Positions 49,824-59,299 of a stretch of 64,000 nucleotides of DNA are shown in pieces. Origin of the DNA: a virus (Duplodnaviria > Caudoviricetes). Position 1 is the first letter of the stretch; every line of letters begins with the position of its first letter. The DNA lies in the IMG/VR virus record IMGVR_UViG_3300033463_000070, positions 1 through 64,000 of that record; one strand, 5' to 3'. The position numbers and the translations under genes are program-made. The notes beneath the pieces were generated by a model. It was not told the DNA's origin, ran no database searches, and worked only from the letters and a program-made list of their open reading frames with translations.

Positions 49824-50290
49824 TTTATTGCCTCCTCTATTAATTTATGGATTATATTGATAGTGAACCATTCTTCAAAATAACACCCTCCAATATAATA
49901 TCCGTCATAATATAATCTAAATGGTCTATTTCTATTTTGATTTTTGTGACTTATATAATGTGTCTTTTTACTATCCCAAAATTTATATTTTCCATTATTT
50001 TTTCTTTTAGGATATTGTCCAATTCCCCCTTTAGTGAAATTAAACTTAGGATTATAATACTTTATAAATAATCGTTCATAAGCATCTAATTCGTCCTTAG
50101 AACATTCCACTTCAATTTGAATAGAATATCGTAAAGGGTCTGATTGTAATACCCTATTAATTGGTTGAGTATTTTTAGAGCTTTTAATTAAATGTTGTCT
50201 ATGTCTTTTATATATATCTTTGCTTTGTCCTATGTATACAACTTTAAAGTCATTTTTTATATCTCTGTAACTATAAATTCCGCATGGCAC
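49820..50290 (-). CDS. GIY-YIG homing endonuclease (short)
   Basis: CGIY...YIGQS...R...E..FI...NPKFN..KGG. Confidence 0.85.
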   Translation of the reverse strand: MPCGIYSYRDIKNDFKVVYIGQSKDIYKRHRQHLIKSSKNTQPINRVLQSDPLRYSIQIEVECSKDELDAYERLFIKYYNPKFNFTKGGIGQYPKRKNNGKYKFWDSKKTHYISHKNQNRNRPFRLYYDGYYIGGCYFEEWFTINIIHKLIEEAIN

Positions 50291-50321
50291 TATATCAATC
50301 TTTAAATGTCATTATGGGATA

Positions 50322-52814
50322 TTAAATATATGTTTGTTTAACTGCATTTATAAATGTATCGCTATTTTTACTTGGTTTATATTCTATAAACATTCCTGCC
50401 ACAATTCCCTCTGGCAAAATATTATAACCACTTTTACAAGTGATTTTACTACAAGGACCCTCTGGCTCCATTAACGATAATCTTAAACATTTATTTCCTT
50501 TCTTACTTATAAAGTAAGTTGCTTGCTTTACTAATGCTTTACGAGTATATTTCTTACTTGCTAGCATACTTGTTATTAATTGATATGATGTTCCATTAAT
50601 GTAAGCTTCTTCTGCCATAAATGGGTCATGAACACTATAATCAATCAAGAAATGCATATATAATTTGCCATCATAACAATGACATTTTGTAATAATAACA
50701 TGTCCTGTCTCGAAATAATCACCATACTTTGCTACAATAGCTTCAGAACATGATATACTTTGATTAACATCTTTATTCTGTAAATGAAGAATACTATATC
50801 CTTGTTGATTATCTACGTCAATTATCACACCTTTAACATACATTTCTTCATTATCTTCATCAGTTGCATTAAGTAAAGGAGTTAACATATTATCATAAGG
50901 TGTTTTTACACTATCAATATATTCTTCTCTAATAGAAAATGATATTGCAGAGAATTCTTTGTCTAATATTTCTTTTTTGGTGTATATTCGTTCTTCGTAA
51001 CCTTTTTCTCCTTTCTTTAAGAAATTAAGCAACTCGCCACGCTTATCTATGATGTCCTGCATATCTGTAAGACCAAAATCAAATGCACCTGCACCAATTA
51101 AATTTTCTTTACATCGTTTATTACACTCTCTTGGTGCCATTCTCTGACAAAAGTTATCGAATGATTCAAAATCACCATTAGCTCTTTCTTTTAAGATAGC
51201 TGTGGATACTTTATCAGATATTGTATTAATAATATTAAGACCGATATAAATTTTATTATCTACAATAGTTGTTTCGGCTTCACTTAAATTAATATCTGGT
51301 GAACATAATTCTGCATCACTATCTTTTATCATATTTAGTATCTCTATCCTTTTTTCTTCTTCGCTATTCTTTACATTTTGAAGCATAGCAACAGCAAACT
51401 CTAAAGGATAGTAAGTTTTTAACCAAGCAGATTGATAAGCAAGAACTGCATATCCACATGCATGTGCCCTGTTAAATGAATAATCAGATGATTTTTCAAT
51501 ATTATCCCATAATTTCTTAGCAACTTCTTCATCTACATTATTATCTATACAACCATTAATAAATTTAGGTTTAAATATATCAAATGCTTCTTTTTTCTTT
51601 TTAGAAATTGCTTTACGAAGATTATCTGTTTCAACATCACTCATACCTGCAAGGTCACGAGCAACTGCCATAGCATCTTCTTGGAAAATCATAAGTCCTT
51701 GAGTACTACCTAATGTATCTTTTAATCTTTCATCAAGATATTCAGGCTCTTTACGACCAAATTTATAATCAGCATATAATTTATCCATTCCTGAATTCCT
51801 AGCTCCCGGTCTTATTAATGATACTAGAGCCATTAACTCATTAAAATTCTCAGGCTGTACCATTTTGACTCCAGCTCTTCCCGCAGCTTTTTCTAATTGA
51901 AATAGCCCCATGGGATTTTTACAAATAGATTCGTAAACTTTAGGGTCGTCAAATTCATATGGTAAATTTACATCATCTTTAATAAGATTTAAACAATCAC
52001 GTTGAACATCAAGAACTTTAATACCTAATGTATCGTTTTTTAAAAATCCAAGTGCATTACATTCGCTTCCATTGTTGGATATAATTGGTTTACCACTTAC
52101 ACTTATAACAGAACAATATTTATCCATTATATCATCTAAGATAATCATAGCACCAGCATGAACACCATAGTTTTTAGTTAAACCTGCTAATGGGTCAATA
52201 TAATCTCTTACTTGCGGGTTTTTATCTAAAAATTCCATTATTTTTTTATTATTGTGATAATCATCTTCTTTATTAGATAAAAATGAAGTAACTTTATTAA
52301 CTTGTGCGAAGTCTAAACCTAATCGTGCAGATAAATCTTTAATTAATACTTTTGGTGTAAAATTAACTTTATTTAAAACCTGACCACATCTATCTTCACC
52401 AAAATGTTCTCTAATCAAATTCAATACATCGTCTCTACCATCAGAACTAACATCTGTATCTATATCTGGTAAACTTCTCTGTATCCTTGTTTTATTAAGA
52501 AATCTAGCAAAAGATAAATTATATGGTTTTGGGTCTATCTTTGTGATATTAAGAAAGTAACAAACTACGGAAGCAAGACAACTACCTCTTGCTGGGCCTC
52601 TGAATATATCTGCTTCATCTATTAATGCACATATATATGCTGTATTCAAAAAGAAATCTTCTAAATCAGCTCCAAGAATAACATCAAGTTCTTCTTCAAG
52701 TCTATCATGATACCAAGAATCATCATAGCAACCTTTAACCTTCATACCTTTGATACACATATCTTTAATATATTTTTTATTATCAATAGATTTAGGTTTA
52801 AAATCTCTAATCAT
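50322..52814 (-). CDS. dnaE: Family C DNA polymerase (DnaE) palm/thumb/fingers/OB portion
   Basis: GPARGS, PDIDTD, HAGAM, KNDTLG, FQLE, LIRPG, IFQED, YSFNRAHACGY, WLKTYYP, PDINLS; SD GAGGTGAG. Confidence 0.93.
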   Translation of the reverse strand: MIRDFKPKSIDNKKYIKDMCIKGMKVKGCYDDSWYHDRLEEELDVILGADLEDFFLNTAYICALIDEADIFRGPARGSCLASVVCYFLNITKIDPKPYNLSFARFLNKTRIQRSLPDIDTDVSSDGRDDVLNLIREHFGEDRCGQVLNKVNFTPKVLIKDLSARLGLDFAQVNKVTSFLSNKEDDYHNNKKIMEFLDKNPQVRDYIDPLAGLTKNYGVHAGAMIILDDIMDKYCSVISVSGKPIISNNGSECNALGFLKNDTLGIKVLDVQRDCLNLIKDDVNLPYEFDDPKVYESICKNPMGLFQLEKAAGRAGVKMVQPENFNELMALVSLIRPGARNSGMDKLYADYKFGRKEPEYLDERLKDTLGSTQGLMIFQEDAMAVARDLAGMSDVETDNLRKAISKKKKEAFDIFKPKFINGCIDNNVDEEVAKKLWDNIEKSSDYSFNRAHACGYAVLAYQSAWLKTYYPLEFAVAMLQNVKNSEEEKRIEILNMIKDSDAELCSPDINLSEAETTIVDNKIYIGLNIINTISDKVSTAILKERANGDFESFDNFCQRMAPRECNKRCKENLIGAGAFDFGLTDMQDIIDKRGELLNFLKKGEKGYEERIYTKKEILDKEFSAISFSIREEYIDSVKTPYDNMLTPLLNATDEDNEEMYVKGVIIDVDNQQGYSILHLQNKDVNQSISCSEAIVAKYGDYFETGHVIITKCHCYDGKLYMHFLIDYSVHDPFMAEEAYINGTSYQLITSMLASKKYTRKALVKQATYFISKKGNKCLRLSLMEPEGPCSKITCKSGYNILPEGIVAGMFIEYKPSKNSDTFINAVKQTYI

Positions 52815-52823
52815 TCACTCACC

Positions 52824-53762
52824 TCATACTACTTTCTTAAGAAAAATTTTTTCAAAATCCAAATGCTTATCAAATTTAGGAATCACCCTATCATATTCTG
52901 GCATTTCAAAATAACATTTTTCAGCTATTTTATGAGTATTATCAATACACAATTGTATTATATCATCATCTACTCCTGACATTCTTCCAAATTTATAACA
53001 CAACTCTGTATTACCTAACACATTACTTTCAAGTGTATCTGATATTTCTGATTCAGCTTTTTTCCAATTAATGCTTTGTAATTTTTTTCTTAATATCCTA
53101 CCCGCATCAGTAAGAACATGACTATCAAAAGTATTAATTAACCATTTGCAATCAGTATCTTCATATAATTTTATAAGTTTTTCATTTAATATGTTCTGAG
53201 GATATAATCCTTTGTCATTTTGCCAAGTTGGATGATATTGAAGCTCTATTGCAACATTATCTTTGCCAAATTTATCAAGCAATTTATTAAGAAAGGAATA
53301 AGCTATGTCATCTTGTCCTTTTTCGAAGTTTTGACATATATATGATAATGCACAAGCAGTTGATACAAAAATTCCTTCTGTATTTTCAAATAAAATATCA
53401 TGAGGAAGTAAAGGTTTATAATAAAAATGGTCAGTAACAGATAATCTTTGCATTTTACGAATATTAGTTGCTCCTACATCATTCATAGCCAAACAAACTA
53501 AATGATAACGATTTCTGTCTTGTGGCTTTTCTAAAGTAGGTTTGCAATAAAATTCGTTTCCAAAAATTGGTTTAACATTTGATTGCTTACATTCCTGCTG
53601 TAGAGCATACCAATTAGCTACTGTACCATGGTCAGTAATTGCAATATACTCTTGACCATAATCTTCTACTTGTTTAACTAAATCCGGAATTTTGATGACA
53701 GAATCACCAATACTAGCATCAGTATGTAAATGAAGATTTACGAAATTTTTTGTATTTGTCAT
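52824..53762 (-). CDS. Stand-alone PHP domain of DnaE (probable 3'-5' proofreading exonuclease)
   Basis: HLHTD, GDS, ITDHG, GNEFY, YHL, TAC, IELQ, FDSH; ATG 53762 with SD GGAG. Confidence 0.9.
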   Translation of the reverse strand: MTNTKNFVNLHLHTDASIGDSVIKIPDLVKQVEDYGQEYIAITDHGTVANWYALQQECKQSNVKPIFGNEFYCKPTLEKPQDRNRYHLVCLAMNDVGATNIRKMQRLSVTDHFYYKPLLPHDILFENTEGIFVSTACALSYICQNFEKGQDDIAYSFLNKLLDKFGKDNVAIELQYHPTWQNDKGLYPQNILNEKLIKLYEDTDCKWLINTFDSHVLTDAGRILRKKLQSINWKKAESEISDTLESNVLGNTELCYKFGRMSGVDDDIIQLCIDNTHKIAEKCYFEMPEYDRVIPKFDKHLDFEKIFLKKVV

Positions 53763-54801
53763 ATAAAAATTCTCCTTTTTCAATTTCATTAATCATTTTA
53801 TTATATTTTTGCTTATCTTGAATATCCCAATTATATCCGTCTTTTGTTACTATATCTTTTAATTTAAATAAATCTGTATTTTGTTTTCTGTATATTACCT
53901 GTCCATTTTTCTCAATTATATATTTAAAAGTATATCCTTGTTTAGCATTTGTTTTACAAGTGCTTAAATGTAATACTCCTGTAGGATTAGTTTTTTGTAT
54001 TTTTCCGTATGCCATTAAATTATCTCCCCTTTTTATAAGTTTATCTGTATTTTCATTGTAAAATAATTTTGCCCATGGTAATTTTTTTGCCTCTACTTTT
54101 TTCTTTAATTCGTAAAAATTTTTTGATGTTAAAGAATAATTATCATATTTGTACATCCATATATTTGTTGTGTTATTATAACTGACCCCAAAATATCCTG
54201 ATGTATTTTGAGCGATTTTAAAAAAATCTTTTTCTGAAAAAATATTAAAATCAACATAAGTTTCTTTTTTAATTTTTTCTACTTCATCATTATGAAATAT
54301 TTTCTTCCATAATAATCCCTGTGATTTAACTTTATATTCAAGTATATTTATATTTTTAGATGATATTTTACATCTTCGTTTATTTTTGTAATAAGAATAA
54401 ATCCAACGAAAATTTTGAGTACCATGACAATCTACTTGTTTATATACTCTATAATACCCTGTCTTATTACCTCTATTTTTAGACATTTTTTCACGTGTTT
54501 TTTGTGACAAATGAAAAACATCTCCACCAGATGATAAATTATAATGTTTATCATCTTTATATGTATTATAATATTGTATCCAATATTTTTCTCGTTCATT
54601 TAATATATCTCTATTACATTTTTCAACAATAATTAAATTAAAATTATTTTTTTTATATTTATTAATTGCTCTATCAATATAAGAATTTTCAATACAATCT
54701 GACTTACAATGTTCATTAAATCTCTGTTCTATATTAATTGATTGCCCAATATACATCTGTCCTGTTTTTTTGTTTTTTATCATATAGATGCCACAAGTCA
54801 T
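53719..54801 (-). CDS. GIY-YIG homing endonuclease with three C-terminal AP2-like DNA-binding repeats
   Basis: CGIYMIKNKKTGQMYIGQSINIEQRFNEH...NEREKYWI...YN; repeats KTGYYRV, TSGYFGV, PTGVLHL each ending L...V....L/Y.W. Confidence 0.85.
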   Translation of the reverse strand: MTCGIYMIKNKKTGQMYIGQSINIEQRFNEHCKSDCIENSYIDRAINKYKKNNFNLIIVEKCNRDILNEREKYWIQYYNTYKDDKHYNLSSGGDVFHLSQKTREKMSKNRGNKTGYYRVYKQVDCHGTQNFRWIYSYYKNKRRCKISSKNINILEYKVKSQGLLWKKIFHNDEVEKIKKETYVDFNIFSEKDFFKIAQNTSGYFGVSYNNTTNIWMYKYDNYSLTSKNFYELKKKVEAKKLPWAKLFYNENTDKLIKRGDNLMAYGKIQKTNPTGVLHLSTCKTNAKQGYTFKYIIEKNGQVIYRKQNTDLFKLKDIVTKDGYNWDIQDKQKYNKMINEIEKGEFLYDKYKKFRKSSFTY

Positions 54802-54802
54802 A

Positions 54803-55006
54803 TTAAAACCTCTTGAGGTCATCTATACTAAGACTTAATAAAAAATCAGGTTCGGGGATTTCAATTTTAATAACATTATTACGAATGTTACGATGATGAA
54901 CTACCCCATAATTTCCTTTTGTCTTTGTTACTACTTTATCTTTTGTTTTTTTGTATAAATTTAATATATTTAATCCATCATGATATAATATGTCATAATC
55001 ATTCAT
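54803..55006 (-). CDS. Hypothetical protein
   Basis: ORF track; ATGA coupling with the upstream ATPase. Confidence 0.5.
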   Translation of the reverse strand: MNDYDILYHDGLNILNLYKKTKDKVVTKTKGNYGVVHHRNIRNNVIKIEIPEPDFLLSLSIDDLKRF

Positions 55007-55890
55007 TTTTTATTCCCTTGTTTATTGTTATTTTTGGGAAATATTAAATCAAATAACTCATCATATTGAGTTTCAAGAGTATCTTCAACATTGTTTACTC
55101 TCATAAATATATGTCTTTTGTTTACTAAAAATATATCGCCCCTATCTTTTTGTATAGTTGCAACATAATTATCAATTGAACCTTCTGTTTCACGTGTTAA
55201 TATTATTCTCATTGAACATTCATCAATTAATCTTTGTTTTACTGAAGCAAATTTATCGTCATCTGCTAATTCAGGTATGAAATCAGAGTGTGATATAAAT
55301 ACCACTGGTACATCTAAATCCATATATGCTGATGAAAATTCTCTAAAGAATTTATTTCTTAATTTCCATATTGCTAATTGTGCTCCACTATCTGCGTCCA
55401 AATTTCTTTCTAAACGCATTTTAGCTTCTGCGAATTCAAGCAAGAAAGAAACTCCATCAACTATAACACCTTTAATGTTTATGCCGTTTTCTATTGCCAT
55501 ACGTACTGTTCCGGCTGCTGATGTTACATTATTAACAGTGGCTTCTTCATCTTTAACTGATGCTCCTTTATTGTTAGTTTTGAATTCATTAGGATTATAT
55601 ACTTTAATTTGTCCTTTTTGATAATATTCTTCATAAAAAATTTGAATAATTTCTTTTCCAGAATTATCCACATCTATATAAAAAATTACCTCATCATCTT
55701 TTAAATCACGAGTTAATAAAGATAGTGAAAGTGAAGTTTTAGCTGTACCATTCTCTCCAGATAATAATATTTTTTTATTAACTTTTGCATCTTCTTTTTT
55801 CTTATCTGACTCAAAAATTTCTTTAAAAATAGTTTCAGACAAAGTTTCCTTACTTTTATTAGTTTTTAATGCTTTATTTCCGATTGCCAT
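55003..55890 (-). CDS. RecA-fold ATPase (AAA_24 / Sak4-like annealase)
   Basis: Walker A GENGTAKT, FYIDVDNSG, Walker B VIVDG, VVFISH; SD GAGGTGA. Confidence 0.75.
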   Translation of the reverse strand: MAIGNKALKTNKSKETLSETIFKEIFESDKKKEDAKVNKKILLSGENGTAKTSLSLSLLTRDLKDDEVIFYIDVDNSGKEIIQIFYEEYYQKGQIKVYNPNEFKTNNKGASVKDEEATVNNVTSAAGTVRMAIENGINIKGVIVDGVSFLLEFAEAKMRLERNLDADSGAQLAIWKLRNKFFREFSSAYMDLDVPVVFISHSDFIPELADDDKFASVKQRLIDECSMRIILTRETEGSIDNYVATIQKDRGDIFLVNKRHIFMRVNNVEDTLETQYDELFDLIFPKNNNKQGNKK

Positions 55891-56072
55891 TGTGTCACCT
55901 CTTTAGTTAATTCTAAAAATCGTTTTTCTTTTTTTTCGATTACTGATTTTAATTTAGCTAAAACAAATAAATCAGTAATATTATTATAATCTTCATACAA
56001 CATATTTAATTCCTTATTAAGACTCTCTCCTTGTCGATGAAGCTCCTGTGAGTATAGATTTTCTTCCAACAT
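55866..56072 (-). CDS. Small coiled-coil hypothetical protein
   Basis: Likely start MLEENL at 56072 with GGTGG SD; overlaps its neighbours. Confidence 0.4.
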   Translation of the reverse strand: MLEENLYSQELHRQGESLNKELNMLYEDYNNITDLFVLAKLKSVIEKKEKRFLELTKEVTQWQSEIKH

Positions 56073-56238
56073 AATCATCCACCACATTATTCAATTCATT
56101 TAATATAATTGCTTTTGATATAGGATGTTTTACTAATATAAAATCTTTTTCAAGATTTTGAATTCGAGTACGTACTTCACGAGTACGTATCTCAAATAAT
56201 TTATCAGAATTTTCAAAATCTTTTGGTTGATAAGGCAT
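56017..56238 (-). CDS. Hypothetical protein
   Basis: TAATG coupling at 56238. Confidence 0.5.
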   Translation of the reverse strand: MPYQPKDFENSDKLFEIRTREVRTRIQNLEKDFILVKHPISKAIILNELNNVVDDYVGRKSILTGASSTRRES

Positions 56239-57200
56239 TATAGTTCTACCTCTTCTGATATAGGTAAAAAACCACCTACATGATAATTAATTTCACCATC
56301 TTTTTTCTTATATGCATTAACAAAAAGATATCCATATGCACCATCGTAAATATTCAATCCTGCAAGTTCAGTCGGAGTAAACCAAACATCAGCATCGTCT
56401 TCTCCAATTTCAAAATTGACTACAACATTTTTGGTAGGGTCATCATTAGTTCTAATATCAATACATTCTCCTTCAATTACACCAAAAACATTTCTATCAA
56501 AATTTTTAGATTCTAAATATTGCAACAAATCAGCAGAAGATTCAAAAATGATATCTCCGAAAAATTGTCTAACATAATTTAAATAGACATCAATAGTATC
56601 ATCATCAAATGCATCAGTATCATCTGTTACAATCGCATTATTAAAGTATTGTATTTTACTACCTTTTATAATTTTACTTGCATTTCCCTCTTTTAAAGTA
56701 AATTTAGCTTCTTTACAAATAGGTACTACTTTTTTCATAGCATAACTGCCAATACTAATTTCACGAGGAACTACTTTATCACCATCTTGAAAAATTCCAA
56801 TAGCATTAGCAGTAGCATAATTTTTATCAATTACTTTGCCTTTATTAAATCCTTCAGTGTGAAGATATTCTCCTTCTCCTTTTGCCATACCTTTTTTAAT
56901 TGCTGCTTCTAAACCATGTTCTTTAACAAAATTATTAACTTGATTCCATGCATAGTTATTATAACTGTTAGTTCTGAATCTCATGAGTAAAAAACCATCC
57001 ATTCTGTATCCAGATTGAACCAATCTTTTTAAACTTCCTCTAGTTTTTCTTAAACTTCTTAAAGTTTTTGTAGCATCATCCATATCAGATGGCATTTTCT
57101 CATAAATTTCATTAAAAATGCTATCCATTTCTTCTTGGCTAATACCATGTTCTTCAGCAAATTTTGTGTTTTTTTCTTGTTCACGTTCTATCTTATTCAT
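56238..57200 (-). CDS. Hypothetical protein, possibly an OB-fold ssDNA-binding protein
   Basis: SD GGAGG, ATG 57200; first gene after a strong promoter and upstream of the Sak4-like ATPase; beta-rich C-terminal half. The function is inferred from context only. Confidence 0.3.
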   Translation of the reverse strand: MNKIEREQEKNTKFAEEHGISQEEMDSIFNEIYEKMPSDMDDATKTLRSLRKTRGSLKRLVQSGYRMDGFLLMRFRTNSYNNYAWNQVNNFVKEHGLEAAIKKGMAKGEGEYLHTEGFNKGKVIDKNYATANAIGIFQDGDKVVPREISIGSYAMKKVVPICKEAKFTLKEGNASKIIKGSKIQYFNNAIVTDDTDAFDDDTIDVYLNYVRQFFGDIIFESSADLLQYLESKNFDRNVFGVIEGECIDIRTNDDPTKNVVVNFEIGEDDADVWFTPTELAGLNIYDGAYGYLFVNAYKKKDGEINYHVGGFLPISEEVEL

Positions 57201-57250
57201 TATAATTTCCTCCAAGTTTTTTTAGATATGTTATTATATTAATAATACAC

Positions 57251-57273
57251 TATATAAATGTTTCGTTTATATA
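57251..57273. promoter_or_regulatory. Back-to-back promoters: CGAAA-CA-TTTATATA (-, 57251-57265) and TTTATATA (+, 57266-57273)
   Basis: Located at the strand switch; the + TATA sits ~24 nt before ATG 57297, consistent with a leaderless mRNA. Confidence 0.7.
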
Positions 57274-57296
57274 GGTTAGAAAAAATATGAAAAAAT

Positions 57297-57872
57297 ATGA
57301 ATATGCAAGAAAAATTTTATGCAGATAATTATTGCATATTAGGTGGTTTCTCCAAAAATCGATGGGGATACACCACAAAAGAAGAAAAAGAATTAAAAAA
57401 TAAATTAAAAGAAAAGGGAGAGTATATGTTACCGATTCGGAAAGTAGCGAAAAATCAAATGCCTACTAAAACTGATAATAATATGTTAAGTGCTGTCAGT
57501 TATGCCGTGTCAAGTCTTGATTTAGAAGACCAAGAACGTATCATTGAACTGAGTAAAACTATCCCTGAACCTGAGGATTTAATAGACCAAACTATTGCGA
57601 TTCAACAATATCGTATTAAAATGGGTTTAGAAAATGAATATCAACAAGGTAGATTATTACAATCTACTCAAGAAGCTATTAATAGTATAGTTAATATGAT
57701 TAATGCTAAACAAAATATTTCTGAAGGACAAAATATCAATGTTAATGTCAATAATACTATCACTTCTTTGTTGGATGAACTTGATGATGAAGATGATACA
57801 GTAATTGATATGGATAAAGTTAGCGCACAACAGAAAGAAAGAATGAAAGAAATAAATAATTTGAGGTCTTAA
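57297..57872 (+). CDS. Hypothetical protein, possibly terminase small subunit
   Basis: Helical middle region and C-terminal NINVNVNNTITSLLDEL strand typical of TerS. Weak inference. Confidence 0.25.
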   Translation: MNMQEKFYADNYCILGGFSKNRWGYTTKEEKELKNKLKEKGEYMLPIRKVAKNQMPTKTDNNMLSAVSYAVSSLDLEDQERIIELSKTIPEPEDLIDQTIAIQQYRIKMGLENEYQQGRLLQSTQEAINSIVNMINAKQNISEGQNINVNVNNTITSLLDELDDEDDTVIDMDKVSAQQKERMKEINNLRS

Positions 57873-57873
57873 A

Positions 57874-58128
57874 ATGGAAGAAATGAAACAAGATGTAACT
57901 AAAGATGATTTTATAAATGAAATGGAAACATTTGAAAACAAAACTGCACGTGAAATTTTAGAATTAATGGAAAAAGAAGAATATATGTTACCAGTTGCAG
58001 TTTTAGGATTAATTAGTGTTGTCCGTGCATTGATAGAAAACTTTGGTAATGATGCACTAAGAGATGAAGCAACACACTTTTTAAATTTAAACACAAAAGA
58101 TTTAGACGAAATAAAATCTGAATCATAA
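57874..58128 (+). CDS. Hypothetical protein
   Basis: SD GAGGT; ORF track. Confidence 0.55.
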   Translation: MEEMKQDVTKDDFINEMETFENKTAREILELMEKEEYMLPVAVLGLISVVRALIENFGNDALRDEATHFLNLNTKDLDEIKSES

Positions 58129-58133
58129 TATCA

Positions 58134-58199
58134 TCTCCTTTAAAAAAAATAGCCCACTCCTGAGTATTCAGGGTGGGCTATCTTTTTAAACTAAGGAGA
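58134..58199. terminator. Bidirectional GC-rich hairpin terminator between convergent genes
   Basis: atagcccac-t-cctga-gtat-tcagg-gtgggctat flanked by an A-run and a T-run; outer arms tctcctt/aaggaga. Confidence 0.75.
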
Positions 58200-58201
58200 A
58201 T

Positions 58202-58477
58202 CTATAAAACTGATTTTATAACTTGTTGATATGTTTTGTATTGATTTTGTCCTATTAATTGATGATTAAATATTTTATATTTTCTTATTATAAAATTTTT
58301 ATCTGTTTTTACAATAATATATGCAATATTATTATCTTTATAAAATATTAATTCTTCTTCATTAATTTTTAAATCAGAAAAATCTGAACCTTTGAGCTCT
58401 CTATTAAATACAATCATAATACCATTTTTATTTTTATTTATAAGCCCCGATTGCGTAATCCCAAAATATAAAATCAT
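58202..58477 (-). CDS. Hypothetical protein
   Basis: ORF track; no clear SD. Confidence 0.4.
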   Translation of the reverse strand: MILYFGITQSGLINKNKNGIMIVFNRELKGSDFSDLKINEEELIFYKDNNIAYIIVKTDKNFIIRKYKIFNHQLIGQNQYKTYQQVIKSVL

Positions 58478-58550
58478 AATAACTTATTATTATATCCAAA
58501 TGGATAACGAGGCTTATTATATTATGATTAACAATCTTTAAGAGGAAGAT

Positions 58551-58928
58551 TTATTGCTCATCTTCCTCGATTTCAGCTGTTTCAATTGGAGCATCAATTT
58601 GCTCTTCCTTTTCGTGTTCAACAACAATTTCTTCTACTTGTTTGTTTCCTGTTATGTATCTTGTTCCTGCTGTGATTACTCCATCGGTTATTTGAGGAGC
58701 TGTATAAGCAGTTACGAAAGCAACATAAGGATTTGCGAACAATTCTGGTTGAGCATATCCAAGCCCAATTGCTGCTGCTATACCTATTATAATGGTAGTG
58801 ATAGAACCTAAATTGAACGAAACCTCCCTTCCATTACGATAGAAAGTAGGTAATACAAAACTGCCCTTCATTATAATAAGTCTAAAAACTATTGCGACAA
58901 TTATGACACAATATATTGTTATATCCAT
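58551..58928 (-). CDS. Small multi-pass membrane protein with acidic tail (holin-like candidate)
   Basis: ATG 58928 with SD GGAGG and its own TTTATATA at 58960-58967; 2-3 hydrophobic helices. Confidence 0.55.
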   Translation of the reverse strand: MDITIYCVIIVAIVFRLIIMKGSFVLPTFYRNGREVSFNLGSITTIIIGIAAAIGLGYAQPELFANPYVAFVTAYTAPQITDGVITAGTRYITGNKQVEEIVVEHEKEEQIDAPIETAEIEEDEQ

Positions 58929-58978
58929 TGAGTTTCCTCCAAATGTATTTACGTATTTATATATAAATGTTATCATAT

Positions 58979-59299
58979 TTAAATATTTCGGTTTCTTAGT
59001 TCATTACAATCAAATTGTACTGTAATAATAGTACCCTCAACATCAAGTGATATGAATAACATTCCATCTTTGAATTCAATGTCGGCAACTTCAACACTAA
59101 TTTCATCAGATGACATTCCTTTGGTTAATTGAGGAGGAAATTGTTTAATTAAATCAGGAATAATAATAGATATTATTTCATCATTTAATAATTCAAATTC
59201 CACCCCACTTTTCATTTTAATTACTGGTAATATATCATTTTCTTTATAGTCATCTTTCAAAATGATATAAAAATCATCATTTATAATCTTACTCTCCAA
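58979..59299 (-). CDS. DUF2283-like hypothetical protein
   Basis: TTG start at 59299 with SD GAGGTG; DDFYIIL...GVEFELLNDEIISIII pattern. Confidence 0.35.
   Translation of the reverse strand: MESKIINDDFYIILKDDYKENDILPVIKMKSGVEFELLNDEIISIIIPDLIKQFPPQLTKGMSSDEISVEVADIEFKDGMLFISLDVEGTIITVQFDCNELRNRNI

Noticed and set aside
52811-52830. PHP and polymerase ORFs are in the same frame, separated by TGA-GGT-GAG-TGA (possible UGA read-through or recoding)
   Set aside because: Two consecutive read-through events would be needed, the spacer is simply the SD GAGGTGAG, and TGA is a normal stop in many genes here.
56165-56190. Direct repeat CGAGTACGTA x2
   Set aside because: Explained by the coding repeat RTR-EV-RTR.
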